A DNA stretch of 46,863 nucleotides, from contig JAAYLN010000019.1 of assembly GCA_012521875.1 (NCBI GenBank), forward strand, positions 1 through 46,863. Reading direction: 5' to 3'. The stretch comes from Lentisphaerota bacterium (GTDB taxonomy: Bacteria; Verrucomicrobiota; Kiritimatiellia; RFP12; JAAYLN01). Position numbers and translations under genes: made by a program. This document shows, piece after piece, positions 25,473 to 35,400 of the stretch; positions within the stretch are counted from its first letter, which is position 1; every line of letters begins with the position of its first letter. The notes beneath the pieces were generated by a model, which was not told the DNA's origin, ran no database searches, and was given only the letters and a program-made list of their open reading frames with translations.

Positions 25473-27104
25473 ATGCCAGTTCACCACCCTCCGAACCTTG
25501 TTGCGCGCTGGCGTTGCACCGTCATGGCCGCCCTGCTAGTCGCTGCCGGAGCCGCGCTAGCCGCGCCCGCGTTCCGCGGCGCCCAGAATCTGCCCGGCCT
25601 CGGGCTGCGCCTGCGTCCGCTGGCCGGTGGCACCGCCGAGCCGTTGCCGCAGCCGAAGGCCTATACCTACACCTTCAGGCGCAACGGGCACGAGGAGCAG
25701 CGCGTGTTGCATGATCCGCATGAACTCTGGTATGCCACGCAGCACGGTGCCCAGTGGCGCGACGCGCATGGCAATATGCTGGTTATCGGGCATGTGAAGC
25801 GCCGGCTACCGCGCATTGAGAGCGAGCTCCCGCATATACCGCATGAGGCGTTCGAGGCGGCCATGGAGACCGGGGAAGCGCGTCTTGATCCGGATAACAA
25901 CGAGCATCTCGCCTGCTGGGTGGCGGCCTTCGGGGGCTTCCCACCCAGCCCCCCCGAGAACCTGCGGACAGGCAACAATCTGGCCCAGGCACGCTACTAT
26001 CCTACCGGTCGTCGTGATACGCTGGCGTATCTTTTCCGTGTGCGTCCGCGCTCGCTCGCGGCGCAGGCCGCTTCCGTCCCCTGGTTCTGCGCCATAGTGC
26101 GTATTGGCGACAACACGCCTCCCGCAAAGGTGCGGCAGGCTTTCGAGACGCAGTTCCTCCCCACGGTCGCGGCATTGCCTTCCGCATCGCAGAGCGGTGA
26201 ACGCGAACTGCGCTCGCGGACGCTGCCAACCCGCGGGGCGGGAGCGCCCAGGTCGTCGCCCGCCCGCGAGGCCGCGCGCAAGAGCATTGCCAACCTCAAG
26301 GATTGGTGGGTGGCCGAGACCCCGGAATATGTGATCCTCTCCGACATCCGCAGCTCCACCGGACGCGCGCTCATCCGCGAACTGCAGGAGACCCTGCCGG
26401 TGCTGCGCGCCGCCTACGCGCAACTGGTGCCGCCCGACCGCGATGCCGAGGAGTTCGGCGTCGTGCGTATCTTCGAGGATCCCGAGGCCTACCGCAGCTA
26501 CGTCGGCCCCGCCCACGCGTGGAGCAGCGGAATCTGGGATCCGCAGCGCCGCGAGCTGGTGATCCAGGCACAGGAGCGCGCCCGCGACGTGACGATGGAG
26601 ATCATCCGCCATGAGGGTTTCCACCAATACCTGCATCAGGCGATGCCCGGGGTCGAGCATGCCGTCTGGTTCAACGAGGGGCACGCCTGCTTCGTCGAGT
26701 CGGCGCGCATCGGCGGCGGCCGGCGGGTCACCTTTCCCGAGAACCAGCGGGTGGATGAGCTTTTGAAGCATCTGCCGGAGGTCGCGGCCCGCATCCCGGT
26801 CATCCTGCGGGCGGATATAGCCGCCTTCTATGCCGGCGACGACCGTGTGCGCTCGCTTAACTACACCACGGCGTGGGGGCTGGTCTATTTCCTACGCAAG
26901 GGCGCACCATCGCGGCGCATGCGGGACTACGAACAGATTCCTGACGCCTACCTGAAGCATCTGGCAGATGGAAAAGATGCCGCTGCGGCGACTGCCGCAG
27001 CCTTCGCGGGGATCGACATGGAACGTTTCCAGCAGGATTTCGCCGAGTTCTGGCGGCGCCACCGCGGCGCGGCGCGCCAGTATGATCCGCTGCGCGGGCG
27101 GTAG
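25473..27104 (+). CDS. Secreted hypothetical protein with an HExxH...E zinc-peptidase-like motif (resembles the DUF1570-type proteins of PVC bacteria)
   Basis: The signal-like N-terminus is VMAALLVAAGAALAAPA. IIRHEGFHQYLH followed by WFNEGHACFVE fits the gluzincin pattern. The start is uncertain (25449 or 25473). Confidence 0.55.
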   Translation: MPVHHPPNLVARWRCTVMAALLVAAGAALAAPAFRGAQNLPGLGLRLRPLAGGTAEPLPQPKAYTYTFRRNGHEEQRVLHDPHELWYATQHGAQWRDAHGNMLVIGHVKRRLPRIESELPHIPHEAFEAAMETGEARLDPDNNEHLACWVAAFGGFPPSPPENLRTGNNLAQARYYPTGRRDTLAYLFRVRPRSLAAQAASVPWFCAIVRIGDNTPPAKVRQAFETQFLPTVAALPSASQSGERELRSRTLPTRGAGAPRSSPAREAARKSIANLKDWWVAETPEYVILSDIRSSTGRALIRELQETLPVLRAAYAQLVPPDRDAEEFGVVRIFEDPEAYRSYVGPAHAWSSGIWDPQRRELVIQAQERARDVTMEIIRHEGFHQYLHQAMPGVEHAVWFNEGHACFVESARIGGGRRVTFPENQRVDELLKHLPEVAARIPVILRADIAAFYAGDDRVRSLNYTTAWGLVYFLRKGAPSRRMRDYEQIPDAYLKHLADGKDAAAATAAAFAGIDMERFQQDFAEFWRRHRGAARQYDPLRGR

Positions 27105-27144
27105 CCGCCGCCTGCGGCGGGGAGGTTGGAAAGGGCGAAAAACG

Positions 27145-27917
27145 CCACTTTGTCGCGAGCTTTGTCGGTAACTTTGTCGAAAGCAACAGGAAAAGCCCAG
27201 ACAAAGCGCGAAGGCGCGAAGGATTTTAACCGCAGATGTCCTGCTTCGCAGGCACATGTGCGCAGATTTCCGCAGATTGGAATGCGGTGCCTCAGACTAG
27301 TGGGGGCACCGCCCAGCGGGGCGGTGGTAGTAGCAGTAGGCAGTGGCAGTGGGCAGTGGCGGGGACGATTATTGCGACCACACAGTGGCTCGCAATCTAG
27401 AGGGTAAAAGGGGAGCCTAACTTTGTCGCGCTTTGTCGGTAACTTTGTCGCCTTCGTCGAAACCAGTTGGTGGTCTCTCACGGAGGCACGGAGGCGCGAA
27501 GGCGCTGGGAAACGGAACCGCGAATGCACGCGAATTGATGGTGTTTTTTTTAACCGCGAAAAACGCGAAAAGCGCGAAAGGTGAGCCGCGAATGGACGAA
27601 TGCACACAAATGCACACAAATATGGATTAGGCGGGTGGATGAAGCGTTGCCGATTAAGAGTGAGATTAAGAGAGGGTTTAAGTGAGTGCTTCGCGCTTGC
27701 ACCTTGTCTACGCACATCTTCGTCCCATTCGTCCCATTCGTCCCATCATTGTCGCAAGCGAAAGAGTAAGCGGGTGGAGCGTGCCGATTAAGAGTGGGTT
27801 TAAGAGTGGGTTTAAGAGTGGGTGCTCCGCGCTAACACCTTGTCTCCACACCTTGTCCCCACGCTTTGTCGGCTACGCTTCGTCCCTGCACTTCGTCACT
27901 ACGCTTTGTCGAAAGCT
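27145..27917 (+). repeat. Mosaic intergenic repeat block (b ... b ... c-d'-c-d)
   Basis: Module b at 27145-27184 and 27418-27464. Word runs include gcgaaggcgcgaagg, ccgcagatttccgcagatt, ggcagtggcagtgggcagtggc, cacggaggcacggaggcgcgaagg, cgcgaaaaacgcgaaaagcgcgaaagg, atgcacacaaatgcacacaaat and (ttcgtcccat)x3. Module c at 27624-27697 and 27764-27833. Module d at 27835-27916. Confidence 0.9.
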
Positions 27918-27947
27918 GAAGATGGGCAGTTGGAACAGGCGGGAGAC

Positions 27948-28106
27948 ACACTTAGTCTCCACACTTAGTCTCCACGCTTAGTCGCTTTAACACTTAGTCG
28001 CTGCACTTAGTCTTCCCTTACTCCCTGCATTTCGACTAAGTGTCTGGACTAAGTGTATCCGACTAAGCGTAGGGACTAAGCGTAGGGACTAAGCGTAGGG
28101 ACTAAG
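27948..28106. repeat. Long imperfect palindrome made of five (A/G)CTTAGTC words facing six GACTAAG(T/C)G words
   Basis: The left arm (27948-28012) has acttagtc/gcttagtc five times. The right arm (28034-28106) has gactaag six times, including gactaagcgtagg three times in tandem. The centre is near 28023. The right arm ends 7 nt from the stop of the minus-strand gene 28114..29742. Confidence 0.85.
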
Positions 28107-28113
28107 TGCGCCG

Positions 28114-29742
28114 CTACAGGTTAATATCCACCTTGATATCGTCGCGATCCTCGGCGGTCGCGGCGACCTCCTCGGGGACACTGACGGACTTGAAGGTGGG
28201 CAGGTAGCGGTAGTACACCATGAGCTGGAGCGCGGCGAGGCAGGTGTCCATCACGGGGCGGTCGCTGTGATTGTCGGAGTTCACCCACCAGCCGATGTCC
28301 TGCATCACACCGTTGTGGTCGGCAATGGCCTTCTCCTCGACGAACTGGGTCTTGACATACTCCCGCCACATCTCGGCGTTCCACTTGTCCCAGGTGGAGC
28401 CGCCAACCTGGAACTTGGCCTGCGTGGCGTAATAGAAGTAGTACTGCGAGCTGCCGCCCGGGGGGACACCTTCAGCAGAGGCGTTCGGCGGCTTCTCGTT
28501 GTTGCCCAGCTTGAGCGCCGGCGTGTTCCCGACCCACACCGGCTTCCAGGTCTCCATCAGTTCCAATGCCTTCTTCACCTCGGGGTAGTGACCGGCGAAA
28601 TGGAACTGCATGCCGAGTGTGCCGACGCTGGTGAGCCCGCCGCGTGCCGGACTGGTATAGCCAAAGCCACCGTTGGGATGGGCGTTCTTCTGGAAGCCCT
28701 TGACCGAGAGCTTGCTGGCGCGGTTCAGCGCCTCGGGATCGCTGTAGAAGTCGGCCATCATGGCGGCCTTGAGCGCCTGCGCGGCCCATCCCATGACCGA
28801 GGTGTCGTCACGGTCGTTCTGCTTCAGGGCGTAGTCCCAGCCGCCCGAGGGGTGCTGGCCATCAATAATCAGCTTGACCGCGCGATCAATGGCTGACTTG
28901 ACATTGGGGTTCATCGTCATGCCGTAGGCCTCGCAGAGCGCGTAGGTGACGATGTAGTGCTCGTAGTTGCCGGGCCACTGGCCGCTGGAGGGCTGCGAAT
29001 TCAGCAGGTACTCGATTGCGCGCTGGACGGTATCGCCGAATTCCGGCGAGGAGCCCGGCTTCTCGCCGTGGGCCAGATAGCAGAGTATCGCGAGGGCGGT
29101 CATGGCGTTCTTGTTATTGCGCCAGTAGCCGTCGGGGTGCTGGTTCTTCTTCAGCCAGCGCAGGGCGCGCATGACGGCGGCCTCGGTGGACTTGTTGCCG
29201 CCGCCGCTGGCAATCAACTGTCCGCGCATGCCGGCGTTGCGTGTGGAGCCGTAGATGTTGCGCAGGATCACGGGGCTCTTGACCTGCAGGACGGCATCGA
29301 AGGCCTGCGGCTGCGGGCTCATGGGCGCATTCGGGGCGTTAACTGCAGACACCGGCGAAATCATGTTTGCCATGTCCGGCGTGAAAGACATGTCGGTCAT
29401 CGGCTCGAAATCATCCGGCAGCGGTTCGTTCTCGACGATATCCTCCAGCTCTTCAATCTCCTCGACCTGCTTGATCTCGGTCTCGATGATCACCTCATCC
29501 TTGACCGTGGCATCGGCCAGAAGCGCGAGCAGGACTATTGAGATCACAGGTATTAGTATAGCCGCCGCGGGAGCCAACTGGCGTTGCAGCTCAATCCGCG
29601 CCATCTTGTATGCACGGCTGTCGCGGGGTTCACCGAGCCCTGCGAACATCTCCTTGAGGCGCTGCCAGTAGTTCGGCTCCTCAAAGAGCGCCATCATGTC
29701 CAGGAAGGCCTGATCCTGGAGCGGAGAAGCACCCTGGTTCAT
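28114..29742 (-). CDS. TonB-topology membrane-anchored protein with a periplasmic prenyltransferase/terpene-cyclase-like alpha-alpha toroid domain
   Basis: 542 aa. It has an N-terminal cytoplasmic segment of about 55 aa, one TM helix (AAAILIPVISIVLLALLA) and an acidic/Pro-rich linker (EEIEELEDIVENEPLPDDFEPM..PNAPMSPQPQ). QW-type repeats follow: LKKNQHPDGYW, LLNSQPSSGQWPG, IIDGQHPSGGWDY, QKNAHPNGGFGY. It is the last gene of the exbB-exbD-exbD operon. I recognised no TonB C-terminal domain. Confidence 0.65.
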   Translation of the reverse strand: MNQGASPLQDQAFLDMMALFEEPNYWQRLKEMFAGLGEPRDSRAYKMARIELQRQLAPAAAILIPVISIVLLALLADATVKDEVIIETEIKQVEEIEELEDIVENEPLPDDFEPMTDMSFTPDMANMISPVSAVNAPNAPMSPQPQAFDAVLQVKSPVILRNIYGSTRNAGMRGQLIASGGGNKSTEAAVMRALRWLKKNQHPDGYWRNNKNAMTALAILCYLAHGEKPGSSPEFGDTVQRAIEYLLNSQPSSGQWPGNYEHYIVTYALCEAYGMTMNPNVKSAIDRAVKLIIDGQHPSGGWDYALKQNDRDDTSVMGWAAQALKAAMMADFYSDPEALNRASKLSVKGFQKNAHPNGGFGYTSPARGGLTSVGTLGMQFHFAGHYPEVKKALELMETWKPVWVGNTPALKLGNNEKPPNASAEGVPPGGSSQYYFYYATQAKFQVGGSTWDKWNAEMWREYVKTQFVEEKAIADHNGVMQDIGWWVNSDNHSDRPVMDTCLAALQLMVYYRYLPTFKSVSVPEEVAATAEDRDDIKVDINL

Positions 29743-29767
29743 TGGCGTTGCCTCCGGTTGGTTGGTG

Positions 29768-30172
29768 CTACATGCTGAAGATCGACAGGTTCACCATACC
29801 GTGCTTGTTACAGATGTCGAGCGCCTGCACAAGGTAGCGGTGGGGCGAGTCCTTGGTACAGCGGATGATGACGTTGGCCGTCTTGCTCAGCGTGGCATAA
29901 CGCTGGACCTGCCGGTCGAGGCCCTCGTAGGTCACCGGCGTGCCGCGCAGGATGAATCCGCCGCGGTGGACGGTGATGTTGATCAGGTCGGGCTGCTTCT
30001 CCGGTCTGGCATGCGGATCCGCCGCCGGCCGCGTGGCCACCAGACGCGACATGATGTCTTCCTGCTTGAGCGTGACAATGAAGAAGATCAGCAACTGGAA
30101 GACGACGTCGATCATCGCCGTCATGTCAAGCGTGGGGTTTTCACTCTCTCTTCTTTGCCGTTTCATCGCCAT
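29768..30172 (-). CDS. exbD: Biopolymer transport protein ExbD/TolR
   Basis: 134 aa. LDMTAMIDVVFQLLIFFIVT is the ExbD TM signature. Confidence 0.85.
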   Translation of the reverse strand: MAMKRQRRESENPTLDMTAMIDVVFQLLIFFIVTLKQEDIMSRLVATRPAADPHARPEKQPDLINITVHRGGFILRGTPVTYEGLDRQVQRYATLSKTANVIIRCTKDSPHRYLVQALDICNKHGMVNLSIFSM

Positions 30173-30190
30173 GGCGGCTCCTAACTCTTC

Positions 30191-30640
30191 TTATTTCGGT
30201 CGTGGGGCATTCTTGACCTTGCGTTCCTGGACAGCGAGAAAACCGACCCTCCAGACACCGTTGCGCGTGCAGACATCCATGACCCGCCTGACGTAGTCGT
30301 GGGGCGTGCGGTAGTCCGCGCGGATCATGACGGGGAATGAGCCGTACCGGCTGTAGCGGTACTTGACCAGTTCCTCAAGCCGGGCCATGGTACACGTGGC
30401 GTTGTTGATCGAGACCCGCCCCTTGTGGCTGACCTCGATCGTGAATGTCTGCTTGGACTGGTTCTCGGCGGTGATGATCTCGCCGTGCTTGCCATCCTCG
30501 AGAACGATGTCGGGATTGGCGTTCTCGGTAAACTTGATGGTGACCACGAAGAAGATGATGAGCTGGAACGTGACGTCGATCATCGGCGTCATGTCCATTT
30601 CGCATCCCTCGTTCGGCCGTCTGCGTTTGCTCTTGCTCAT
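30191..30640 (-). CDS. exbD: Biopolymer transport protein ExbD/TolR (second paralogue)
   Basis: 149 aa. MDMTPMIDVTFQLIIFFVVT is the ExbD TM signature. Confidence 0.85.
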   Translation of the reverse strand: MSKSKRRRPNEGCEMDMTPMIDVTFQLIIFFVVTIKFTENANPDIVLEDGKHGEIITAENQSKQTFTIEVSHKGRVSINNATCTMARLEELVKYRYSRYGSFPVMIRADYRTPHDYVRRVMDVCTRNGVWRVGFLAVQERKVKNAPRPK

Positions 30641-30669
30641 CGTCGTGTCCCTTCCTGCGTCATCCGGGG

Positions 30670-31518
30670 CTACTCGACGACTTCGACGTTGCGCAGATCC
30701 TTGATGAGCTCGAAGGTCATGGCCTCCATGCGGAGGATCACCCGGTTGGCGTTGTTGCGGAGAGCATAGAAGAAGGTCACGGCGGGGATGGCAACCGAGA
30801 GACCGGCCGCGGTCGTCCAGAGCGCCTGCGAGATGGCCAGCGCGAGGGCGCCGACGTCGGGCGCGCCCGTGGCAAGGCTATCGAAGCACATGATCATGCC
30901 CTGCACCGTGCCGAGAAGGCCGAGCATGGGGGAGATGTTGGCCATGACGGAGATCCAGTTGAGACGCTGCATGATGCGCTCGGTCTCGATGTCGGCGGCC
31001 GTGCCGATGGCCTCCTGGATGATGTCGAACCCCTCCTCGACGTGGCTGAAGCCGGAGACAAGGATGTTGGCCAGAGGCCCGGGCTCGCTCTCGCAGGCCT
31101 TTAGCGCCTTGAGCACGTCGCCCTCGGCCATGGCGGCGGTGACCTTGTCGATCAGCGACTGCGGCATCATCTTCTGGGGCTTGATCAGGATGCTGCAGTC
31201 CACGATGAAGTAGATCGCGGCGGCGGCGGCGGCGAAGAGTCCCATCCAGAGGATGAAGCCGATCGGCCCGGAACCGAAAACGACCTGGGCAAACACATTT
31301 GGCTTCTTGGCTGGAGCGGCTTCGGGGTTCTCGGCCAGACCGGTGCCAACCGGCGCGTCATCTGCCGCGGCAGGAGCCGCAGCGGCGGCTGGCGCGGCGG
31401 CCTCGGCAGCAAAGTCCGGCACCGCCGGTGCGGCGGCCTCGTCCTGGGCACGCGCGGCACCTGCATGTGCGAGGAGCAGGCCGGCACTGATCATGGCAAT
31501 TCGGAGCATCTGTTTCAT
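30670..31518 (-). CDS. exbB: MotA/TolQ/ExbB proton-channel protein with a signal peptide and an Ala-rich periplasmic N-extension
   Basis: MKQMLRIAMISAGLLLAHAGAARA is the signal peptide, followed by an Ala/Pro-rich tract and three TM helices. The signature ISPMLGLLGTVQGMI..ALWTTAAGL is present. I chose the ATG at 31518. The ORF track extends to 31740. Confidence 0.85.
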   Translation of the reverse strand: MKQMLRIAMISAGLLLAHAGAARAQDEAAAPAVPDFAAEAAAPAAAAAPAAADDAPVGTGLAENPEAAPAKKPNVFAQVVFGSGPIGFILWMGLFAAAAAAIYFIVDCSILIKPQKMMPQSLIDKVTAAMAEGDVLKALKACESEPGPLANILVSGFSHVEEGFDIIQEAIGTAADIETERIMQRLNWISVMANISPMLGLLGTVQGMIMCFDSLATGAPDVGALALAISQALWTTAAGLSVAIPAVTFFYALRNNANRVILRMEAMTFELIKDLRNVEVVE

Positions 31519-31600
31519 CGGGTCTTCACCTTCGTTAGTTAACTGTTCCCTAGTAACTCTCGTTCTCAGTTTGGCAACGGCCCCGGGCCGACGCCGTTCC

Positions 31601-32425
31601 TCAAATCTTCCTCGCGTACTCACTCGAGGCATACTTCGTCCGCAGGATGGAGCGCATCTTCTCCGCATTCGGGTTCTGGTGGATGGCCTCGAAGGCCTTG
31701 GCGGCCTTGTAGAGTGCTTCCGGCTGCACCGAACGGACATTCTCGTAGAGGATCACCACCCGCAGGTAGCCATCCTTGAGCGCGTCGCGCGGCTGCTTGC
31801 TTTCCATTAGCATGTCGCCCCGCATGATCAGGGCGCTGGCGGAGGCTTCGCGGCCACCCTTGGCGATGGCATCCTTCAGAAGTGCCTCCAGTTTAGCAGA
31901 ACGGTTGGCTTTGAGCAAGGCCTGCCAGTAAACCACGGCCATATCACCCTTGTAGGCGGCCTCGGGCCTGATGGCGATCACCCGCTCGCAGGCCTTGATC
32001 GCGGCATCGGGCTTGCCGACGGCCAGTTGCGCCTCGGCCAGCACACGCGCGGCGGGCTCGTCCCACTGCATCATGGTGTAGTCGATGATGATCTTCTCAA
32101 GCACGGGAATGGCGCCGGCGATATTCGAGCCGGAGCGCACGGCCTGGATGGCGGGGCCAAGCTCGCGCGGCTGGGGCACCTGTATGTCGGCCACCTGATC
32201 TGCCGTCAACTGCACCTCGATCGTGGCCTGCGTACCGGGACGGGTTGACATCACGATGTATTTCTTCTGGCTGTTCAGCCAGCGGATCTGGCCCGAGACC
32301 GTCTTCCCATCGGTGGTCTTGATGGTGCCCCTGATCTGGGCGGCGGCCGTGCCGGCCAGCATCACGACGGCCAGAACGGCCGGCAGCAGGCGGCACAGTG
32401 GAAGGACGCGGATTGTATGTTTCAT
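31601..32425 (-). CDS. Secreted TPR-like helical repeat protein
   Basis: MKHTIRVLPLCRLLPAVLAVVMLAGTAAA is a signal peptide. A short beta-rich domain is followed by an Ala/Leu-rich TPR-like C-terminal half. The ATG at 32425 is preceded by GAGGAG. Confidence 0.65.
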   Translation of the reverse strand: MKHTIRVLPLCRLLPAVLAVVMLAGTAAAQIRGTIKTTDGKTVSGQIRWLNSQKKYIVMSTRPGTQATIEVQLTADQVADIQVPQPRELGPAIQAVRSGSNIAGAIPVLEKIIIDYTMMQWDEPAARVLAEAQLAVGKPDAAIKACERVIAIRPEAAYKGDMAVVYWQALLKANRSAKLEALLKDAIAKGGREASASALIMRGDMLMESKQPRDALKDGYLRVVILYENVRSVQPEALYKAAKAFEAIHQNPNAEKMRSILRTKYASSEYARKI

Positions 32426-32460
32426 AATGGTCTCCTCGCAGTATGCGGCATGGTGGATGA

Positions 32461-35400
32461 TCAGGGTGCGGCGGCACCGCCGGATGCCCCTGCGACGGGA
32501 CTGGGGGCAGGTGAGGCTGCGCCCCCGCCTTTCGGCCCCGTGCCCAGTTCGATATGCGCCTGGTTGAGCCAGGAACGCATCTGCCCAAGATAGCGCCCGC
32601 GCGGGAAGCTCTGCAGGTAGGCCTCGCAGTTCTCGGCGGCCATGAGCCACTGGCGGTGCGCCAGCAGCAGCGGAACACTCTCGTAATAGGCCGTCTCAAG
32701 CAACGGGGCGAGTGCCAGATTGGCGGGATCCGTGGTGTCAATGAAGGTCTGGTAGGAGATGAGCGCCTTGCCGCGGCTCTCATCGGCGGCCCTCGGCTTG
32801 TTGAACGCCACCTCGGCCTCCGCCTTGCGCGCCATGATCCGCCCGACCTCGATATCACTGCGGGCCATATCAACCTGGTTGGTACGGCGCTGGCGCACGG
32901 CCTTCTGCGCCTCGATGGCCTCGTTGAAGAGATCCTTGCGCTTCTCGTCGTCCTGCTCAAGCTTGCCCGCCTCGCTGGCCGCATCGCTCAAAAGCACGTT
33001 GGCATCCAGCATCAGGGCATAGCCCGAAAATTCATTGATAAAGGCCTTCAGCGCATCGACAGCCTCCGCGTACCGGCCACGCTTGAGCAGCAGGTTGCCC
33101 TGGGCCAGCCGTGCCGGCACGACGACGCTGGGATCCTTGGCACGCCCCAGCACCCGGTCAAGCCCCTGCTGGGCCAGTTCATATTCCCCCGCCTCGGTCA
33201 GGGCCTGCGCCGCGCGCAGCAGGTCGAGATCGCCGTACTTGCTGCCGGTTTCGGCGAACATGTCGCGGTAGCGCGCGACCGCCTCCGCACGCATGCCGAG
33301 CTTCATGAGGTTGTCGGCGATCAGCGGCAGGGCGCTGCGCGCCTCGGGCGAGTCGGGATAATCCTTCAGCAGGCGCGAGAGCGTGGCCTCGGCCTTTTCG
33401 GCGTCGCGCATGATCGTCCAGAGCGAGCCGACCTGGATCAGGGCGGTAGGTGCCAGCGGCGACTTCGGGAAGGCCGTGACCAACCCCTCGTAGGCCTCGA
33501 TGGCCCGCTTGCGGATGGCCGGCAGGTTGGCCTCCGGCTGCGTGACCTGCGAGAGGCAGTAGGCCATGTTGTAGAGCGCCGCCTCGAGCAGGGAGGCGTT
33601 GGCCTTGCGCTCCTTCTCGTTGGCTTGATAGGGATTATCGGACTTCTTGAGGATGCCGGCGAGCTGGTTGTAGGCCACCGCCGCGCGGGCGATCCACTGG
33701 TTGCCGAGCGCCTGCTCGGCCGCGTTGGTCGAAGCGTTCCTGAGCAGAGAGATGCCATAGTCCTTGTAGGCCGAGGCCTGGCGGTAGCGCGCATTCATCA
33801 GCTCCTGGCTGGGCTTGTCGCTGGCTGCAAGCCGATCAACGTAGTGTGTAATGGCCGCGAGCTGGTTGGTGATGTCCCCAGTCTCCTCGTGGATGGTGGC
33901 GATGCGGTTGAGCGCGGCGAAGGCGACGGCGGTGTTTGAATAGTTGTTTGCCACCTGCCGGAAGTAGCTCAGGGCCGCCGGATAGTCCTGCTCCTTGTAG
34001 TGGCGCTCGCCGAAGGAGAGCATGTAGTTGGGCGCCATGGCATGGTCGGGGCAGTTCTCGAAGAAGAGGTCGTACACCGCCGAACGCTTGTCGGCGCGTC
34101 CGGTAGCCTCGAGCCAGTACTCGGCGAGGCGCACAAGCTCGTCGCCCGTAGTCCCCCGCGTCTCGGGGTTCTGGCTGAAGCGTTCCGCCAGATGGCCGGC
34201 CACGGTGTCGGCATAGAGTTCCGCGGCGGGATCCTCCTCGATCCCCTGCACATAGCAGCGCATCAGGTCGCCGAGGGCCGGCACGCACTCGGGGGCGTCG
34301 GGAAACTGGTTCAGCACGCGCAGCAGGCTCTCGGTGGCGTTCTTGATCTGCCCCTGCGAGAAGAGCATGCGCGCGTCGCGGAACTGGAGCGTGCGCACCC
34401 GCGCGATGTCCTCGGGCTTGATCTGGATGGCGATGTTGCCGCCGAAGACCTCGGTAATGATCAGGCGCACCTGCTCCGCCCGCTCGCCGGCCTGCGCCGC
34501 CCAGGCGCTCTCGGGATACTTGAAGAAGACATTGATGAAGTGCTGGTAGGCGCCGTTGCCCTGGCGCTTGCCGTCCTTGCCGCGGGTACCGACCAGCAAC
34601 GAGAGCACGGCCTCCTTGTCGTAGCCCGGCTCCTTCATGAGCCGGTCGGCCTCCTCCTGCAGCATCACGGCCAGCAGGTAGCGGCACTCGGACATCGGGC
34701 TGACGCGCGTCAGGGGGTCGCCAGTCTCGGCCTCCAGCTCGACCAGGGCCTGGTGGATGGTCTGCAGCGTCGACATGTAGTCGTCGACCAGCTTCTTGGC
34801 CTCGTCAGGCTTGCCGCGCAGCATGGCTACATGCGCCTTGATGACGATCGCCTTGCCGAACCAGATGTCCTGCACCCAGAGCAGCTTGTCGGCCCACGAC
34901 TCGATGTCCTTGAGCAGATTCTCCCGCTCCTTGGCGTCCTTGATATCCGCGACCACCCGCAGGGCCACGTCGGCCATCTCGGCCCGGCACTGGCGCTCGA
35001 CGTGCTGCTCCAGCTTGCCGTCAAGCACGCGCCGGTAGGCCGCGAGAGCCTCCTTGTCCTTCTTGAGGTATAGCAGCATCTGCGCATACTTGTAGGCCGA
35101 CTCATTATAGAAGGACTGCAGGGCGGCGGGGGTCTCCTTGGCAAACCGCTTGAAGAAGTCCTCGTAGTACCCCATGGCCTCGGGGTATTTGGTATAGGCG
35201 TAGTAGGCGTCGGCCAGCGCCAGTTTCATGGCCCACGCCTCGGCACCATCCTGATCCTTCATGGCCGCGATGCGCTGCTTCACGGCGTCGAACTGCCCCG
35301 TGCCGAGCTCGCCCCGGATGCGACGCACGGCAAGCTTCGCCTTGGCCTCCGGGTATTCACGCTCCACGACGGCCATGACCTCGTCGGCCAGGTCCATCAG

